Assembly: GCA_951406725.2 (NCBI GenBank)
Contig: OX597815.1
Coordinates: forward strand, 10,044,001 to 10,108,000
DNA: 64,000 bases
Source of the DNA: Octopus vulgaris
Lineage: Eukaryota
Direction of reading: 5' to 3'
Both the position numbers and the translations under genes were made by a program. Below are positions 61,584 to 64,000 of this stretch, piece after piece. The notes beneath the pieces were generated by a model. That model saw only the letters and a list, made by a program, of their open reading frames with translations. It had not been told where the DNA came from and did no database searches. How positions within the stretch are numbered: the stretch's first letter is position 1; each line of letters begins with the position of its first letter.

Positions 61584-63180
61584 GATGATGATGATTTATG
61601 AACAAGAGAAGGAAGTAGAAAATGCATCACTATAGACATGGTAAAGGCATTTGAGAGAGAAATATCTAAGCTAAGAGCAAAGGATTAACCTTCAATTAAT
61701 AGTAAAACAAAGTAGTTGTTGCCATGTTTGGAGTGGTTACAGCTGTCCTTGATTTGGTGTAGTGACTGCATGGACAACAGGGGAGGAGGAAAGCCTGCTA
61801 CCACGTGGGTCAAAAGAACCAACACATTCACTAGTAACTCTTGCACCACTCAAAGTTATACTCTCTGAAGCTACCAATATCCTCTTTTACTCGTTTCAGT
61901 CATTTGGCTGTGGCCATGCTGGAGCACCGCCTTTAGTCGAGCAAATCGACCCCAGGACTTATTCTTTGTAAGCCTAGTACTTATTCTATCGGTCTAAGTG
62001 ACGGGAATGTAAACACACCAGCATCGGTTGTCAAGCGATGTTGGGGGGACAAACACATACACATAAAAATATATATACATATACATATATACGATGGGCT
62101 TCTTTCAGTTTCTGTGTACCAAATCCACTTACAAGGCTTTAGTTGGCCTGAGGCTATAGTAGAAGTCACTTGCCCAAGGTGCCACGCAGTGGGACTGAAC
62201 CCGGAACCATGTAGTTGGTAAGCAAGCTACTTACCCCAGAGGTACAGTATTTTGCACTGTAAAATAATCTTCAGTCAATTGCTGACGAAGAGACAAAAAC
62301 TCCACTGAAATATCTTTTGAATGAGAAGATCAAAAGTGCTCTAACATTTCATGGCAATTTCTATAAACCTGGTCAAAGACGGGAACTGCCTAAAATCTTG
62401 GATAACTTCATGAAGAAATCACAATCATACACCCTTCATCTCTCATACGCAAGCACAAATTTGTTTTAAAGTGGGATTTTTTTTTGTTTATGTAACTTTT
62501 GCATTGTCTTTATTCTTACTGTATCTATTACATCTGCAGATGTGCACACACACAGAGATATGCAAACACAAAGAAAACAGAGCAGATAGAAGCTAGTTTT
62601 AAAGGTATGTTGAAGAGGACAAGATAGACAAGATAAGTGGCATAGCTAACAGAGAGAGTAACACAAGATGTTATGAATTAACTTCCTAGTTTTAAAAGGT
62701 ATGTCACAGAGGAATAAGATAGATAAGTAATGACACACCTAAAGATAAACTTCTTCAGCAATTTTACTTTACCGTGCAAAATACTGAAGATCAGATAAAT
62801 CAATTGTCCTATATCCACTATTATTTCTATATAACACCTATACTGTGTTTTGAACTCCAAACAACATAGTATGAAAACAAAAATAGCATAGAAAACTGGT
62901 TTGATACCAAAACACATAACTTAAAACTACTAACCCACATTGGTACTGAAACAGCTTAAAATCAGCCTACTTCAGTACCAAAACAAACAGCTTAAATTTT
63001 AACTAGTTCAATTTGTTGACATACATTTTCACACACCTTTAAAAAATGATTTCTTATTTAGGCCTATATGATTTATATGAAAAACAATGCAACATTCTTG
63101 CCCCTCTTAATTAACAATGCTCAAAGTGAAATAGTTTCAAGCGTCTGGCTTACCTTCTGAATTACCTAGCTCTATACCAA

Positions 63181-63502
63181 TGGAGGCACAATGGCCCAGT
63201 GGTTAGGGCAGTGGACTCGCCTAAAAAGCTCCACGAGGCTCCGGCAGGGGATGGTGGTGATCCCTGCTGTACTCTTTCACCACAACTTTCTCTCACTCTT
63301 ACCTCCTGTTTCTGTTGTACCTGTATTTCAAAGGGCCGGCCTTGTCACTCTCTGTGTCACGCTGAATATCCCCGAGAACTACGTTAAGGGTACACGTGTC
63401 TGTGGAGTGCTCAGCCACTTACACGTTAATTTCACGAGCAGGCTGTTCCGTTGATCGGATCAACCGGAACCCTCGTCGTCGTAACCGACGGAGTGCTTCT
63501 CT
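63181..63502 (+). mobile_element. SINE family D variant
   Basis: tRNA-like head (partly deleted), body shared with the 25306 copy; TSD TCTATACCAATG at 63171-63182 and 63503-63514. Confidence 0.85.
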
Positions 63503-63551
63503 TCTATACCAATGTGTTATGTCACACGTTCGGGTGTCCTCTACTCTATTA

Positions 63552-63850
63552 GTGGAGGCATATGGCTTAGTGGTTAGAGCAGCGGACTCGCGGTTGAGGG
63601 ATTGCGGGTTTGAATCTCAGACCGGGCAATGTGTGTGTTTATGAGCGAAACACCTAAGCTCCACGCAGCTCCGGCAGAAAGTACTGGCGAACTTCTGCTG
63701 ACTCATTCGCCACAACTTTCTCTCATTCTCTCCTCCTGCATCTTGCAGCTCACCTGCAACAAATCAGTGTCCCATCCAGGTGGGGAACCTATATGCCAAG
63801 GAAACCAGAAAACCGGCCCTTATGAGCCAGGCATGGCTCGAGAAGGAACT
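63552..63850 (+). mobile_element. SINE family D variant with a different 3' tail
   Basis: GGAGGCATATGGCTTAGTGGTTAGAGCAGCGGACTCGCGG...GGTTTGAATCTC head. Confidence 0.82.
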
Positions 63851-64000
63851 CTACTACTACTCAACTCTGACGTCTAGACTTCTCCCTCTATATCTACGTA
63901 TTGGGCTAGCCTACTTCATTGTCTGGGGGCGTCCACACAACACAATGTTACCCAGGTACACTTGTTCTACCTATTTCTATTTCTCTTGTCATTCTTATTG

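Noticed and set aside
63552-63625. tRNA gene
   Set aside because: The tRNA-like A/B boxes run into a SINE body shared with other copies, and there is no intact cloverleaf. The same applies to 25510-25581 and the SINE A heads.

Overview
AT-rich, repeat-dense eukaryotic DNA, most consistent with a coleoid cephalopod (probably Octopus; inferred from the SINE/RTE/CR1 and microsatellite content). The only recognisable host gene is the 5' part of a folliculin-interacting protein gene (FNIP1/2-like) on the minus strand. It has six confident small coding exons (37413-37290, 10218-10118, 9634-9569, 6366-6284, 1972-1904, 570-416), all GT-AG and phase-compatible, plus two tentative exons. The start codon was not located, and the gene runs off the left edge. 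The rest is intronic: three tRNA-headed SINE families, a very abundant (GAT)n-tailed repeat that appears to be an RTE LINE 3' UTR, CR1/RTE ORF fragments, non-autonomous Helitrons, TTAA piggyBac-like MITEs, a hAT MITE, Penelope-like hammerhead remnants and simple repeats. Almost all ORFs in the supplied track are repeat artefacts. I see no prokaryote-type system. The best leads are: a duplicated FNIP cassette exon (one open copy, one with a stop codon), SINE concatemers enclosed by single TSDs, a hairpin array in an RTE 3' UTR, a minisatellite derived from a retroelement tail, and a fragment resembling mammalian MER46C. All family names rest on manual motif recognition, not database searches.
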